Assembly (NCBI GenBank): GCA_023459675.1
Contig: JAEWTC010000088.1
Coordinates: forward strand, 1,157 to 65,156
Source of the DNA: Bacillota bacterium
GTDB lineage: Bacteria > Bacillota > Clostridia > Christensenellales > Aristaeellaceae
Reading direction: 5' to 3'
Length of the DNA stretch: 64,000 nt
Made by a program: the position numbers and the translations under genes. The notes under the pieces were generated by a model. That model had not been told where the DNA came from. It did no database searches and saw only the letters and a list, made by a program, of their open reading frames with translations. Position 1 is the stretch's first letter. Each line of letters starts with the position of its first letter. This document shows positions 53,961 to 62,990 of this stretch, in pieces.

Positions 53961-56087
53961 TTAATATCGGGTCGTGCGCTGCGCCTCTTCCCACGCTTTG
54001 ATCAATGCGAGGAAGGCGCTCTCGTCTTCCGGGTTTTCAAACCGCAGGTAGACCAGGGGGAACCGGTCATAGTCGTTGCCATAGGGATCGTTGGAGTCGT
54101 AATAGCTCCAGTTAAGCTGAATGAACACGCCGGTATGATCGTCGGTCTTGGTTGCGCGGGGCAGCAGGCTCATGAATTGATTGAAGTACTCGCGCTGCAG
54201 CTTGTCGTAAGCGGACGGTTCATCCTTGGAGAACCGGCTGAAATAGAACCCCTCGCTCTTTTGCGAAACAATGCCGTTCTCGTCCTCAAAGTTATACACG
54301 TTGAAATTCAGGTTCAAACTGTCGTTCACCCCGGCGGTTTCCGAGTCGAACCGCTGGAACATTCCGAGGATCTGCTCGGCTGGATCTTCCAGCATGAGAT
54401 CGTTGTAGGAACGCATTACCAGGCTTGCGGTTTCAGGCGCGCTGAGCCGTACGGTTTCATAGTTCAGGTAGCGATGGCTGCCCTCGTACCCAGCGACGGT
54501 GATCCCCATCAGCGACTGGTTTTCGCCCTGCACAACATAGGTGCCGTCCGGCCGCATTTCCGCGGCGCGGTTGCGGTAGTAATTGCCGCTGGTCAAGCCG
54601 TTTGCCTGCGCTTCGGCGACGTAGCTTTGGTAAATCTCCTCGCTTTGCGCGCGCGTAAACCGGGTGTCTACCTCCAGATACTGTGTGTCCCTGAGCGCCG
54701 GGTAGCTTGTGACGGCCTTTGCGAACGCTTCGTTTTGCATGCGCAGGGCGTTCAGATCGTCCACATTCGCAAACTCGATGGTGCGTTTCAAGGTCGTGCC
54801 GTTCGTCAGATGAATGGTGATGGGCTCGATCACCTGGAACGGGTTGTAGTTGTACAGTTCGTAGGGTTCGCCGGCCTTTTCCTTGAGCACTCCGTCCACC
54901 GCGGTACGCAGCGCATCCGCCACATAGGTTCTCAGTTCCGCGTCGGTGAAGGCCACGTTTCGGATGAACAGGCTAGGGTACTCGGGTTCCCCGTTTTTCT
55001 CATCGTAACCGCGGAAGGTGACCGATTGAATTTGGTTGGCGTCGGGCACGGTGTTGAGCATGCTGTCCGCCGCCGTATTGATGAGAAGCGACAGGCCGAG
55101 CGCAGCCAACGGGGCGATCAGGAAGATGGGCAGGGTTTGCAGCGCCTGCTTGAATTTCGTGGAAACGATCATTTGGTAGCCGAAGAACACCGCAAGGGCT
55201 ACAAGGATCAGCACCGCCGCGTAGACGGAGAAGAACTTCTGCCCGTTCATCGTTACCGGAAGCATGACCACAAACGCGATCAGCAGGGCGGTGATAATCG
55301 TCCAAACCCGGTAGCCGCCGTTTTTCTGCGCAATCTCGCTGGGGCGGCGCAGGAATGCCCAGTAGCCGATTCCAAGCATGATGAGCATCGGCGCCAGGGA
55401 GTAGAGGATATGCGGCACGGAGATGATCGACGTGTTGTACACGGGGCGCAGGAACATGGCGGCGATGCCGGTGGCGGCGTTGGTGGTGGGCAGGAGAAAC
55501 GCGCCGAGATCCAGCCAGCCGACGATGGGAACCTGCTCGATGATGCCGCGCGCGATGATGAACTGCACGAAACGCGGGAAGAACAGCACCACGCCCGTGG
55601 ACGCCAGCGCGGTGACGACGGTGCCCGAGAGCGAGCAGCCGATGGCGGCGGCCGCATAGACGATCATCGACGCCACGAAGAAGAACAGCACCGACAGCGG
55701 GATGTACGCCGGTACGAACGGGCTGCCGCTGATCAGGAGGATGGCGAGTATTTCCAGCGCGTTAAGCAGAATGGTTCCGCCCATCCAGGTGGCGGTCGCC
55801 AGCGTGACGGACAGGAACAGGTCGCCGCGCTTGACGGGCAGGCTGTGGTATACGTCGCTGGCCCTGCGTGAGAACAGGAACGAAAAGCCGTAGAACGCGA
55901 AGAGGACCGCGGTGAATACGTAGTAGCGGAGGATGGGCATCAGCGACATCGCCGACAGCGCCCGTTCAATGTGAACGGATCCAAAGCAGCTCTGTCCCCC
56001 GTCGACCAGCGTATAGATCATTGTGATCGCCAGAAGCGGGATGCCGAGAACCGCGGTTTTCCGAAGCATTTCCTTATAGGTTTTCAT
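53961..56087 (-). CDS. Large ABC-transporter-associated membrane protein (708 aa; ~10 TM N-terminal half plus ~380-aa extracytoplasmic C-terminal domain)
   Basis: Start overlaps the ATPase stop (ATGA). Hydrophobic N-terminal half, soluble C-terminal half with no family recognised by eye. Confidence 0.7.
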   Translation of the reverse strand: MKTYKEMLRKTAVLGIPLLAITMIYTLVDGGQSCFGSVHIERALSAMSLMPILRYYVFTAVLFAFYGFSFLFSRRASDVYHSLPVKRGDLFLSVTLATATWMGGTILLNALEILAILLISGSPFVPAYIPLSVLFFFVASMIVYAAAAIGCSLSGTVVTALASTGVVLFFPRFVQFIIARGIIEQVPIVGWLDLGAFLLPTTNAATGIAAMFLRPVYNTSIISVPHILYSLAPMLIMLGIGYWAFLRRPSEIAQKNGGYRVWTIITALLIAFVVMLPVTMNGQKFFSVYAAVLILVALAVFFGYQMIVSTKFKQALQTLPIFLIAPLAALGLSLLINTAADSMLNTVPDANQIQSVTFRGYDEKNGEPEYPSLFIRNVAFTDAELRTYVADALRTAVDGVLKEKAGEPYELYNYNPFQVIEPITIHLTNGTTLKRTIEFANVDDLNALRMQNEAFAKAVTSYPALRDTQYLEVDTRFTRAQSEEIYQSYVAEAQANGLTSGNYYRNRAAEMRPDGTYVVQGENQSLMGITVAGYEGSHRYLNYETVRLSAPETASLVMRSYNDLMLEDPAEQILGMFQRFDSETAGVNDSLNLNFNVYNFEDENGIVSQKSEGFYFSRFSKDEPSAYDKLQREYFNQFMSLLPRATKTDDHTGVFIQLNWSYYDSNDPYGNDYDRFPLVYLRFENPEDESAFLALIKAWEEAQRTTRY

Positions 56088-56989
56088 GCCTTATCCTCTC
56101 CTTTCTGAAACGCGTATCCCAGCGCTTCCATCTCATACACGAAAATTTCTTCCAGCGTCATGGGCACGACCTCCAGCAGAAGCGGTTCCATGGCTTCCAG
56201 CTTCGCGCGGCAGGCTGCCCGGTCTCCCCGGACGATAAGGCTGGATACGCTACCCTGCCGGTTGTGCGAAACGATATCCAAGCCTGCGAATTTCGTTTGG
56301 TCGTACTCCTCACGGAAGGCGACCTGCATCTTGAAAATGGAGGTTTTCAGCTCGCCGACGTCGCTTTCCATCACGATGCCGCCCTTGTACAGGAGCGCAA
56401 GCTGATCGCAGGTATCTTCCAGTTCGCGCAGGGAATGGCTGGTGACGATCACCGTCGCCCCGCGGTCGAACACCTCGTCGTAAAGCTTGCGCTTCACAAG
56501 GCCGCGCATCACGGGATCCAGGCCGTCGAAGGTTTCGTCGAAGAAGTAGACCTGCGCGCCGGTGCTCAGGGCAAGAATGGTGGCCGCCTGCCTGCGCATG
56601 CCCTTGCTGAAGGTAACCAGCGGCCGGTCCATCGGCAGTTCAAACTCGCGGACCAGCGCGTCAAACCTCTTGAAGTCGTAGTGTTCGTACGCAGAGGCGT
56701 ACAGCGCGGCCATGCGCTTCATATCGGCATGCGCAAGCGCGAAAGGTTCGTCTGCCACGAAGACGCAGCGCTTTTTCACGCTCAGGTTCTCGAAAACCGG
56801 CTGCTGATCCATGGTGATGCTGCCTTCGTCCGGCCGGTACACGCCGCTGGCCAGCCGCAGGAACGTGGATTTTCCCGCTCCGTTTGCGCCGACCAGCCCA
56901 TATACGCAGCCATCGGGAATCCGGCAGCTTAAGTGGTCCAGCGCAACGACGTCGGAAAACCGCTTAGTCACGTTGCTAGCAATAATCAT
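56084..56989 (-). CDS. ABC transporter ATP-binding protein
   Basis: Walker A GANGAGKST, signature FSKGMRRQ, Walker B VYFFDETFDGLD. Start overlaps the GntR stop (ATGA). Confidence 0.9.
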   Translation of the reverse strand: MIIASNVTKRFSDVVALDHLSCRIPDGCVYGLVGANGAGKSTFLRLASGVYRPDEGSITMDQQPVFENLSVKKRCVFVADEPFALAHADMKRMAALYASAYEHYDFKRFDALVREFELPMDRPLVTFSKGMRRQAATILALSTGAQVYFFDETFDGLDPVMRGLVKRKLYDEVFDRGATVIVTSHSLRELEDTCDQLALLYKGGIVMESDVGELKTSIFKMQVAFREEYDQTKFAGLDIVSHNRQGSVSSLIVRGDRAACRAKLEAMEPLLLEVVPMTLEEIFVYEMEALGYAFQKGEDKA

Positions 56990-57393
56990 GTCGTTAATCC
57001 TTTCTTCCGGGCTAGCGCAGCGTTTTCGCCGGCTGCGTAACCTTTTTCTACGGCTTCCGTCACCAGCCGTTTTTCGATGCCCGCGGCGCTGAGCCTGGCG
57101 CTGAGATGCTCAACGTCGCTGACCAGCGCAAGCATCCGCGCCTTGATCCGCTCCCTGGCGTCCTTCCCGATGAAGCGGCCGTTGCCCGGCGCGCTGGTGG
57201 TAATCCCTTCCCGCTCGAGCTCCGCATAGGCTTTCTGCAGCGTGTTGGGGTTGGCCGACAGCGTTTGCGATAACGCGCGCACGCTGGGGAGCTGATCCCC
57301 GGGCTGCAAAACGCCCGATGCGATCATGAGCTCTGTTTGCTCAATGATCTGCTCATAGATGGGCTTCCTGCCCAAACGATCAATCTGAAACAT
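56986..57393 (-). CDS. GntR-family transcriptional regulator, YtrA subfamily
   Basis: 135 aa. wHTH KPIYEQIIEQTELMIASGVLQPGDQLPSVRALSQTLSANPNTLQKAYAELEREGI followed by a short C-terminal helical region, typical of YtrA-type repressors of ABC operons. Confidence 0.85.
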   Translation of the reverse strand: MFQIDRLGRKPIYEQIIEQTELMIASGVLQPGDQLPSVRALSQTLSANPNTLQKAYAELEREGITTSAPGNGRFIGKDARERIKARMLALVSDVEHLSARLSAAGIEKRLVTEAVEKGYAAGENAALARKKGLTT

Positions 57394-57412
57394 GGCTCAT
57401 TCCTTTCCGTAC

Positions 57413-57469
57413 AGTGTATTAGTTGTCCTAGTACACCTGCATCATATAGTACACCCGCCGCTTTGTCAA
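57413..57469 (-). promoter_or_regulatory. Promoter and YtrA-type operator of the GntR-ABC operon
   Basis: Minus strand: TTGACA (57469-57464), 17-nt spacer, TATGAT (57446-57441). Downstream inverted repeat, read on the plus strand, is AGTGTA (57413-57418), 13 nt, TACACC (57432-57437). An extra TAGTACACC half-site lies at 57447-57455. Confidence 0.55.
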
Positions 57470-57479
57470 GCGTCTTGCG

Positions 57480-57512
57480 AAAAAAAACCGCCGGATGGCG
57501 TGCATCCGGCGG
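57480..57512 (-). terminator. Rho-independent terminator of the sigma/anti-sigma operon
   Basis: Minus strand: CCGCCGGATG-cacgc-CATCCGGCGG followed by TTTTTTTT. Confidence 0.85.
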
Positions 57513-57533
57513 AAAGGCTTTCCTTGCTTGGGT

Positions 57534-58466
57534 TTACTGGGATACGGCGTCGTCGAACGCGCTAAAAAACTCCGGGCAGCTCCACGTGCCGCAGGCGCTG
57601 AGCGTGCCGCCGCCCACGTTCATCTGCACGTTGAGGCCGTTGGACAGCCAGATCAGCAGACTTTGGCTGCGGTTGGCGCTCTCGGCCGCGCCTTCGTAGC
57701 GCGCGTTTTGAAGAAGCACGTTCATCAGTTCTTCCGCCTGCGCGGGATCGTCGATCACGCCGACGTCCGAAAGCTCCATCGCAACCGCCCGCGCGCTGCC
57801 CAGCAGCACGTCTTGCAGGGTTTCCCCGCCCAGTACGGCCACGCCGCTGAAACCGGCGCGCTGGAACACGCGCAGGCTGCCGTTCACGGTCGCGGCAACC
57901 GCCGCGCCCTGCATGCCCTTCACGGCGTATACGGGTTCGTTGGCCGCCACCACGTTGCTTACGGTTCCCGCGGTGCTGACGGCCGGTTCCGCGGTGAATT
58001 CCGCCACGATCCCAAGCTGCTCGCCCAGCAAATCGCCCGGCAGGCTTTCGGGCGCGGTCAGCATACGGTACGCCGCGTCTCCCAGTTTCACCAGGGGATA
58101 GCCTGAGCTCTGCCCCGACGCGAAAATCGAGCGGTACTTGGGCGTTTGCCCGGCGGATTCGCTGATATGCACGCTGCCCGCCGGTACGCTGGCCGTAAGG
58201 GCAAAGTCCGTCGCGGCGGCGCTGCCTCCGGCGGAACGGGTAACCACGCTGATATCGCCGCCGCTCGGCAGCAGACGCGGCAAGGCAAACAGCCCGGCGC
58301 CCGCCAGCACAACCACGGCGGCGCAGCCGATGAGCACCGGCCGCCACTGCAGAAAACGGCGTTTTGGTTTTTGCGAAAGCCTGATCTGTTCCAGAAGGCA
58401 CGCGTCGGCATTCAGCCCGGCAAGGCCGCGGTCGCAGATCTCTTTGAGGCATTCCAGATTCTTCAT
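57534..58466 (-). CDS. Putative anti-sigma factor (short cytoplasmic N-terminus, 1 TM, ~230-aa extracytoplasmic domain)
   Basis: ATG 58466 overlaps the sigma-factor stop by 1 nt (TAATG). TM segment WRPVLIGCAAVVVLAGAGLFAL. Track ORF to 58748 is an out-of-context extension. Function inferred from position. Confidence 0.6.
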   Translation of the reverse strand: MKNLECLKEICDRGLAGLNADACLLEQIRLSQKPKRRFLQWRPVLIGCAAVVVLAGAGLFALPRLLPSGGDISVVTRSAGGSAAATDFALTASVPAGSVHISESAGQTPKYRSIFASGQSSGYPLVKLGDAAYRMLTAPESLPGDLLGEQLGIVAEFTAEPAVSTAGTVSNVVAANEPVYAVKGMQGAAVAATVNGSLRVFQRAGFSGVAVLGGETLQDVLLGSARAVAMELSDVGVIDDPAQAEELMNVLLQNARYEGAAESANRSQSLLIWLSNGLNVQMNVGGGTLSACGTWSCPEFFSAFDDAVSQ

Positions 58467-58972
58467 TACGCGTCTCCCCCTTCCAGAAAATCTTTCAACT
58501 TCGCGCGCGCGCGCGATAGACGGCTGGATATGGTCCCCTCCGGCAAGTGAAGGATCTCCGCGATCTCGCTGATGCCGAAGTTTTGGTAGTAGAACAGTAA
58601 AATCACTTCGCGGAATTGCATGGGCAGCCGGTGGACGGCGTTCATCATCGCTTCCTCGTCGTCCCGCCTGTCCCGGTCGTCCTCGGCCGGAACCAGCTCG
58701 AACTGCGGGCTGCCAAGCATTACGCGCTTTACCCATCCGCTTCGCCACAGGTCGCGGCAGCGGTTGAGCGCCACCTTCAATAGCCAGGCTTTCTCATGGC
58801 CGGGCTGCAGCTTTGTGCCGCTGGTCATCAGCCGTACGAACGCATCCTGGCAAACTTCCTCGGCCAGATGCCGGTCGTTCAAGTAGAAATAGCACACGCG
58901 GAGAACGTCGTTGGCATATTGCTTGTACAGCGCTTCGACGTCCAACCCGGCAGGCTCCACTCGCTCCGTCAT
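58466..58972 (-). CDS. ECF-type RNA polymerase sigma-70 family factor
   Basis: 168 aa. Region 2 (LAEEVCQDAFVRL...WLLKVALNRCRDLWR) and region 4 HTH (FGISEIAEILHLPEGTISSRLSRARAKL). Confidence 0.85.
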   Translation of the reverse strand: MTERVEPAGLDVEALYKQYANDVLRVCYFYLNDRHLAEEVCQDAFVRLMTSGTKLQPGHEKAWLLKVALNRCRDLWRSGWVKRVMLGSPQFELVPAEDDRDRRDDEEAMMNAVHRLPMQFREVILLFYYQNFGISEIAEILHLPEGTISSRLSRARAKLKDFLEGGDA

Positions 58973-59111
58973 AATAACGGTTTATCCTCCCTATTTCTTG
59001 CACGCGGCGCAAGATTTCTTGGGTCAGTCAGGAAACATTGTAACATTTGCAAATGCGCAACGCAACGCCCGGTTGAAATTGCCGGAAAACCTTTTGCCCG
59101 CACTGTTTTCA

Positions 59112-59120
59112 TGGTATGAT
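59112..59120 (+). promoter_or_regulatory. Extended -10 promoter element of the HD-domain gene
   Basis: TGgTATGAT, ~38 nt upstream of ATG 59158. Confidence 0.45.
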
Positions 59121-59157
59121 GGTGCTCAAATAAACGATCCGTGAGGAGGCCCCGCCC

Positions 59158-59739
59158 ATGCAAAGCAGGCTGAACCGGCAGGAAGCGCTCGCGCTTTTGA
59201 AACAGTATAACAAAGAACCGTTCCACATTCTCCACGCGCTGACCGTGGAAGGCGTGATGCGCTGGTATGCCAACGACCTCGGGTTTGCCGACGAGGCGGA
59301 TTTCTGGGCGACGGCCGGGCTTCTGCACGACGTCGATTTCGAGCTTTATCCAGAGCAGCATTGCAGGAAAGCGCCGGAGCTTTTGCGAAACGGCGGCGCG
59401 GATGAGGCGATGATCCACGCCGTATGTTCCCACGGCTACGGCATCTGCGCGGACGTGCAGCCGGAGCACCTCATGGAAAAGGTGCTGTTCGCCGCCGACG
59501 AGCTGACCGGGCTGATCGGCGCGGCGGCGCTGATGCGCCCGTCCAAAAGCGTGCAGGACATGGAGCTGAAAAGCCTCAAAAAGAAGTTCAAGGACAAGGG
59601 TTTTGCCGCGGGCTGCTCCCGGGAGACGATCGCGCGGGGAGCGGAGATGCTTTCGTGGGAGCTGGATACGCTGCTGGAGAAGACCCTGCTCGCCATGCGC
59701 GCCTGCGAAGCGTTCGTAAACGCGGAAACCGGCGCGTAG
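59158..59739 (+). CDS. HD-domain metal-dependent phosphohydrolase
   Basis: 193 aa. H...HD motif (HILHAL ... AGLLHDVDFE). RBS GAGGAGG. Confidence 0.75.
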   Translation: MQSRLNRQEALALLKQYNKEPFHILHALTVEGVMRWYANDLGFADEADFWATAGLLHDVDFELYPEQHCRKAPELLRNGGADEAMIHAVCSHGYGICADVQPEHLMEKVLFAADELTGLIGAAALMRPSKSVQDMELKSLKKKFKDKGFAAGCSRETIARGAEMLSWELDTLLEKTLLAMRACEAFVNAETGA

Positions 59740-59756
59740 TTCGCCGGCCATTTTTT
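59729..59756 (+). terminator. Terminator overlapping the HD gene stop codon
   Basis: CCGGCG-cgtagtt-CGCCGG then CCATTTTTT. Confidence 0.6.
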
Positions 59757-59855
59757 ACGAATATTCGCCGCTTGTTCACAATTCATTCATAACTTGGCCG
59801 GTTCCGTCTGCTATAATTTAGGCGTATCAAACGCTTGCCATGGAGGGATCGGACG

Positions 59856-60779
59856 TTGGTCGAGGTACAGGGCGTCAGCAAGAAGTACGGCAATGTGGAA
59901 GCGCTGCGCGGCGTTACGCTGAAGGCGGAGCAGGGCCGCGTGCTGGGCTTGCTCGGCCAGAACGGCGCGGGCAAAACGACGCTGCTGAACATTATCACGG
60001 GCTGCCTTGCGCCCAGCGCCGGCCGTGTGCTGATCAACGGGCAGGATCCGCTTTTAAACCCCGCGGACGCCAAACGGGTCCTCGGCTATATGCCCGAGCA
60101 TCCGCCCCTGTACGACGAGATGACCGTGGAAGAGTACCTCCGTTTCTCCGCGGCCTTGAAAAAGGTAACCCGCGCGCAGATCCCCGCCCACGTGCGCGAG
60201 GTGATGCAAAACGCCGGGCTGACCGAAGTGCGCACCCGTATGCTGGGGCATTTGAGCAAGGGCTACCGCCAGCGCGCGGGCCTTGCGCAGGCGCTGTGCG
60301 GCAACCCGGAGGTTTTGGTTCTCGACGAACCGACCGCCGGGCTGGACCCCAAGCAGATTACCGAGATCCGCGCCTTGATCCGCAGTTTGAGCAAGGATAG
60401 GACCATCATATTCTCCTCGCATATTCTGCCCGAGGTGCGCCAGCTGTGCGACCGCGTGGTAATACTCCACCGCGGCCAGGTAAAGCTGGACGCCGATCTG
60501 AACTCCATCGGCGGCGGAAGCGCCACCCTGCACTGCCGCATTCAGGGAGATGGAAAACGCCTGCGGGCCGCCCTGCAGCACATGGATGATCTGCTGGACA
60601 TGCAGATATTGCCCTCGTCCGACCCGGGGGAGATTGCGCTTTCGCTGTCGTTTGGCAAAACCGCGATGCCGGAAAAGCAGGTGTTTACCCTGTGCAGCGC
60701 CATGGGCGCGCCGATTCTGCGCATGACGCGCCATGAGGACGATCTGGAGCAGATCTTCCTGCAGGCGATCGCCGAATAG
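59856..60779 (+). CDS. ABC transporter ATP-binding protein (GldA-like, ABC-2 type)
   Basis: In-frame TTG 59856 (LVEVQGVSKKYG) has GGAGGG 8 nt upstream and is preferred over TTG 59835. Walker A GQNGAGKTT, signature LSKGYRQR, Walker B VLVLDEPTAGLD. Confidence 0.85.
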   Translation: MVEVQGVSKKYGNVEALRGVTLKAEQGRVLGLLGQNGAGKTTLLNIITGCLAPSAGRVLINGQDPLLNPADAKRVLGYMPEHPPLYDEMTVEEYLRFSAALKKVTRAQIPAHVREVMQNAGLTEVRTRMLGHLSKGYRQRAGLAQALCGNPEVLVLDEPTAGLDPKQITEIRALIRSLSKDRTIIFSSHILPEVRQLCDRVVILHRGQVKLDADLNSIGGGSATLHCRIQGDGKRLRAALQHMDDLLDMQILPSSDPGEIALSLSFGKTAMPEKQVFTLCSAMGAPILRMTRHEDDLEQIFLQAIAE

Positions 60780-60790
60780 GAGGTTGCGGT

Positions 60791-61510
60791 TTGACAACCG
60801 TCTTGAAACGCGAATTTCTGGGTTTCTTCCGCACGCCGGTGGGCTACGTGTTCCTCGGCGTGTTTTCCGCGCTCTCCGGCGTGATTTTCTACCTGAACAA
60901 TATCCAAACCCTGTCCGGCGAGCTTTTGGTTTTTTTATCGCAGCTGACGCTTCTGCTCATGCTGCTGTGCCCGCTTTTAACCATGCGGCTGTTGTGCGAC
61001 GATCAGAGCAAGCGGACCGACAAGCTGCTGCTGTCCAGCCCCGTGCCCCTGCCTTCCATCGTGCTGGGCAAGTTTCTGGCCGCCGCCGCCGTGATGATGA
61101 TCGCCATCGCGCTGACCAACGTTTGCACGCTGATCCTGGCGCTGTACGGCACGGTGTACGCGGGCGAATGGTTTGTGGGCTATCTGGGGTTTTCCCTGCA
61201 GGCGATGGCCTTTCTGGCGATCGACTTTTTCCTCACCAGCTTTGCGGCAAGCCAGGTTTCCGCCGCGTTGCTGGCCTTCGCGGGCAACCTGGTGCTGTGG
61301 ATGATGGATTTGATCGCGGACGCGGTGCCGGTTGCCTTCATTTCGCGCACGCTGCGTTTTGTAAGCCTGTACGATCGCTATGAGCCGTTCATCCTCGGCC
61401 AGCTGAGCTTTGCGAGCATCACGTTTTTCCTCTTCGTGATCGCGCTGTTTGTGATCGGCACCATGCGCCTTCTGGACGCGCGTCGTTTTTCGCAGGGAGG
61501 GGCCGCATGA
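60791..61510 (+). CDS. ABC-2 family permease (GldF-like)
   Basis: TTG 60791 with GGAGG 7 nt upstream. 239 aa, 6 TM. N-terminus KREFLGFFRTPVGYVFLGVF is typical of this family. Confidence 0.8.
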   Translation: MTTVLKREFLGFFRTPVGYVFLGVFSALSGVIFYLNNIQTLSGELLVFLSQLTLLLMLLCPLLTMRLLCDDQSKRTDKLLLSSPVPLPSIVLGKFLAAAAVMMIAIALTNVCTLILALYGTVYAGEWFVGYLGFSLQAMAFLAIDFFLTSFAASQVSAALLAFAGNLVLWMMDLIADAVPVAFISRTLRFVSLYDRYEPFILGQLSFASITFFLFVIALFVIGTMRLLDARRFSQGGAA

Positions 61511-62970
61511 TGTGGAAACGGTTCGTAACCATGCTGCGCAAGCCCAAATGGCGCTTCGGTTCCTACAGCGCGCTGGTCATGGCGCTGCTCATCTCCATCG
61601 CCGTGCTGATCAGCATTGCCATAGACAGCCTGGAAACCAATTACGGCTGGCAGAAGGACTACTCCTTCAACGGCTATACCGCCACGGGCGAGGAAACGGC
61701 AAAGGCGCTTGCTACCCTCACGCAGCCGGTAACGCTGTACCTTTTGTACCAATCCAACGATATGGATAACCAGCTGTTCGAGGTGCTGATGCGCTACCAC
61801 CTGTTGAACGACCTCATCACCGTTAAGCCGATCGACCTGGCCAAGAACCCCGGTTTCCTCACGCTGTTCGAAGGCGATCTGCAGGCGTCCGTTTCCGCGG
61901 ACACCGTCGTGGTCAGCTGCGAGGCGACGGGGCGGCACAAGATATTAAGCTACAAGGATTTCATCACGCAGGGATACAACATCGAAACCGGTTCGTTTGA
62001 AATTGCGGGGCTCGCGTACGAGAAAAGCGTGACCGAGGCGCTGCTCTACGTCAGCCAGAACAGCGTGCCGGTGATCGGCGTTTCCCAGGGCCACGGGGAA
62101 CTCAGCCCCGAAACGATGGAAACCCTGCTGGACTTCTTGCAGGCCAACAGCTACGACGTGAAGACCGTGAACCTGCTTTCGGGCGACACGCTGGACGGCG
62201 TGGACCTGTTCGTAATCGCCAACCCGTATAAGGATTTCACCCAGGGCGAAATCGAAACCCTGCAGGCGTTTGCGCAAAACGGCGGCAGCTTTTTCGTGAT
62301 CCGGGACTATACGGACCCGCTGGATTTGCAAAATTACCAGGCGCTGCTGGGCAGCTACGCCGTTACGCCCCTGCCGGGCATCGTGGTGGCGGGCGCGGAG
62401 GATGCCGGCAGCTATTACGGCGAGCGCATCTATCTGCTCCCCTATTTCAATGCCATGGACATGACCCTTCCGTTGATCACCAACGGCATGGACGTTCTTC
62501 TGCTGGTCGGCGCCAGCGCATTTGAAACGCCGGCGGACCAGCCGGACGCTTCGCTTTCCGCGGCGACGGTGCTGAAATCCGGCCCGAACGCCTATCTGCG
62601 CAACACCACGGACGGCGACGGCTCCATCGACTATCAGGAGGGCGACCGCAAAGGCGAGCTGACGCTTGCGATCCTTTCCGCGCGCATGCACCCAAACGGC
62701 AACATCAGCCGGATGTTCGCCATCGGCAATTCCACCGTGTTTACCGACGAATACATCTACCAGCGCACCTTCAACCAGCAGTTCATCCTGCAATTGATGT
62801 ACGAGCTGCTGCCGCAGAAAAACATCTCGCTGGATATCGCCGCCAAAGCCGCGCTGCGCCCCGGGCTGACCGTGCAGAGCGCGGCACCTGCCGCGGTGCT
62901 GCTCGTTACGGTGCCGGTATTGCTGCTGCTGATTTCGCTTTACGTGCTCCTGCCCCGCAGAAATAAATAA
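61507..62970 (+). CDS. GldG-like ABC-transporter auxiliary protein (ABC-type uncharacterised transport system domain)
   Basis: Start overlaps the previous stop (ATGA). N- and C-terminal TM anchors flank a large extracytoplasmic domain. The usual partner of GldA/GldF-like genes. Confidence 0.7.
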   Translation: MMWKRFVTMLRKPKWRFGSYSALVMALLISIAVLISIAIDSLETNYGWQKDYSFNGYTATGEETAKALATLTQPVTLYLLYQSNDMDNQLFEVLMRYHLLNDLITVKPIDLAKNPGFLTLFEGDLQASVSADTVVVSCEATGRHKILSYKDFITQGYNIETGSFEIAGLAYEKSVTEALLYVSQNSVPVIGVSQGHGELSPETMETLLDFLQANSYDVKTVNLLSGDTLDGVDLFVIANPYKDFTQGEIETLQAFAQNGGSFFVIRDYTDPLDLQNYQALLGSYAVTPLPGIVVAGAEDAGSYYGERIYLLPYFNAMDMTLPLITNGMDVLLLVGASAFETPADQPDASLSAATVLKSGPNAYLRNTTDGDGSIDYQEGDRKGELTLAILSARMHPNGNISRMFAIGNSTVFTDEYIYQRTFNQQFILQLMYELLPQKNISLDIAAKAALRPGLTVQSAAPAAVLLVTVPVLLLLISLYVLLPRRNK

Positions 62971-62990
62971 AAACGCGGAGGAAACGCCTG

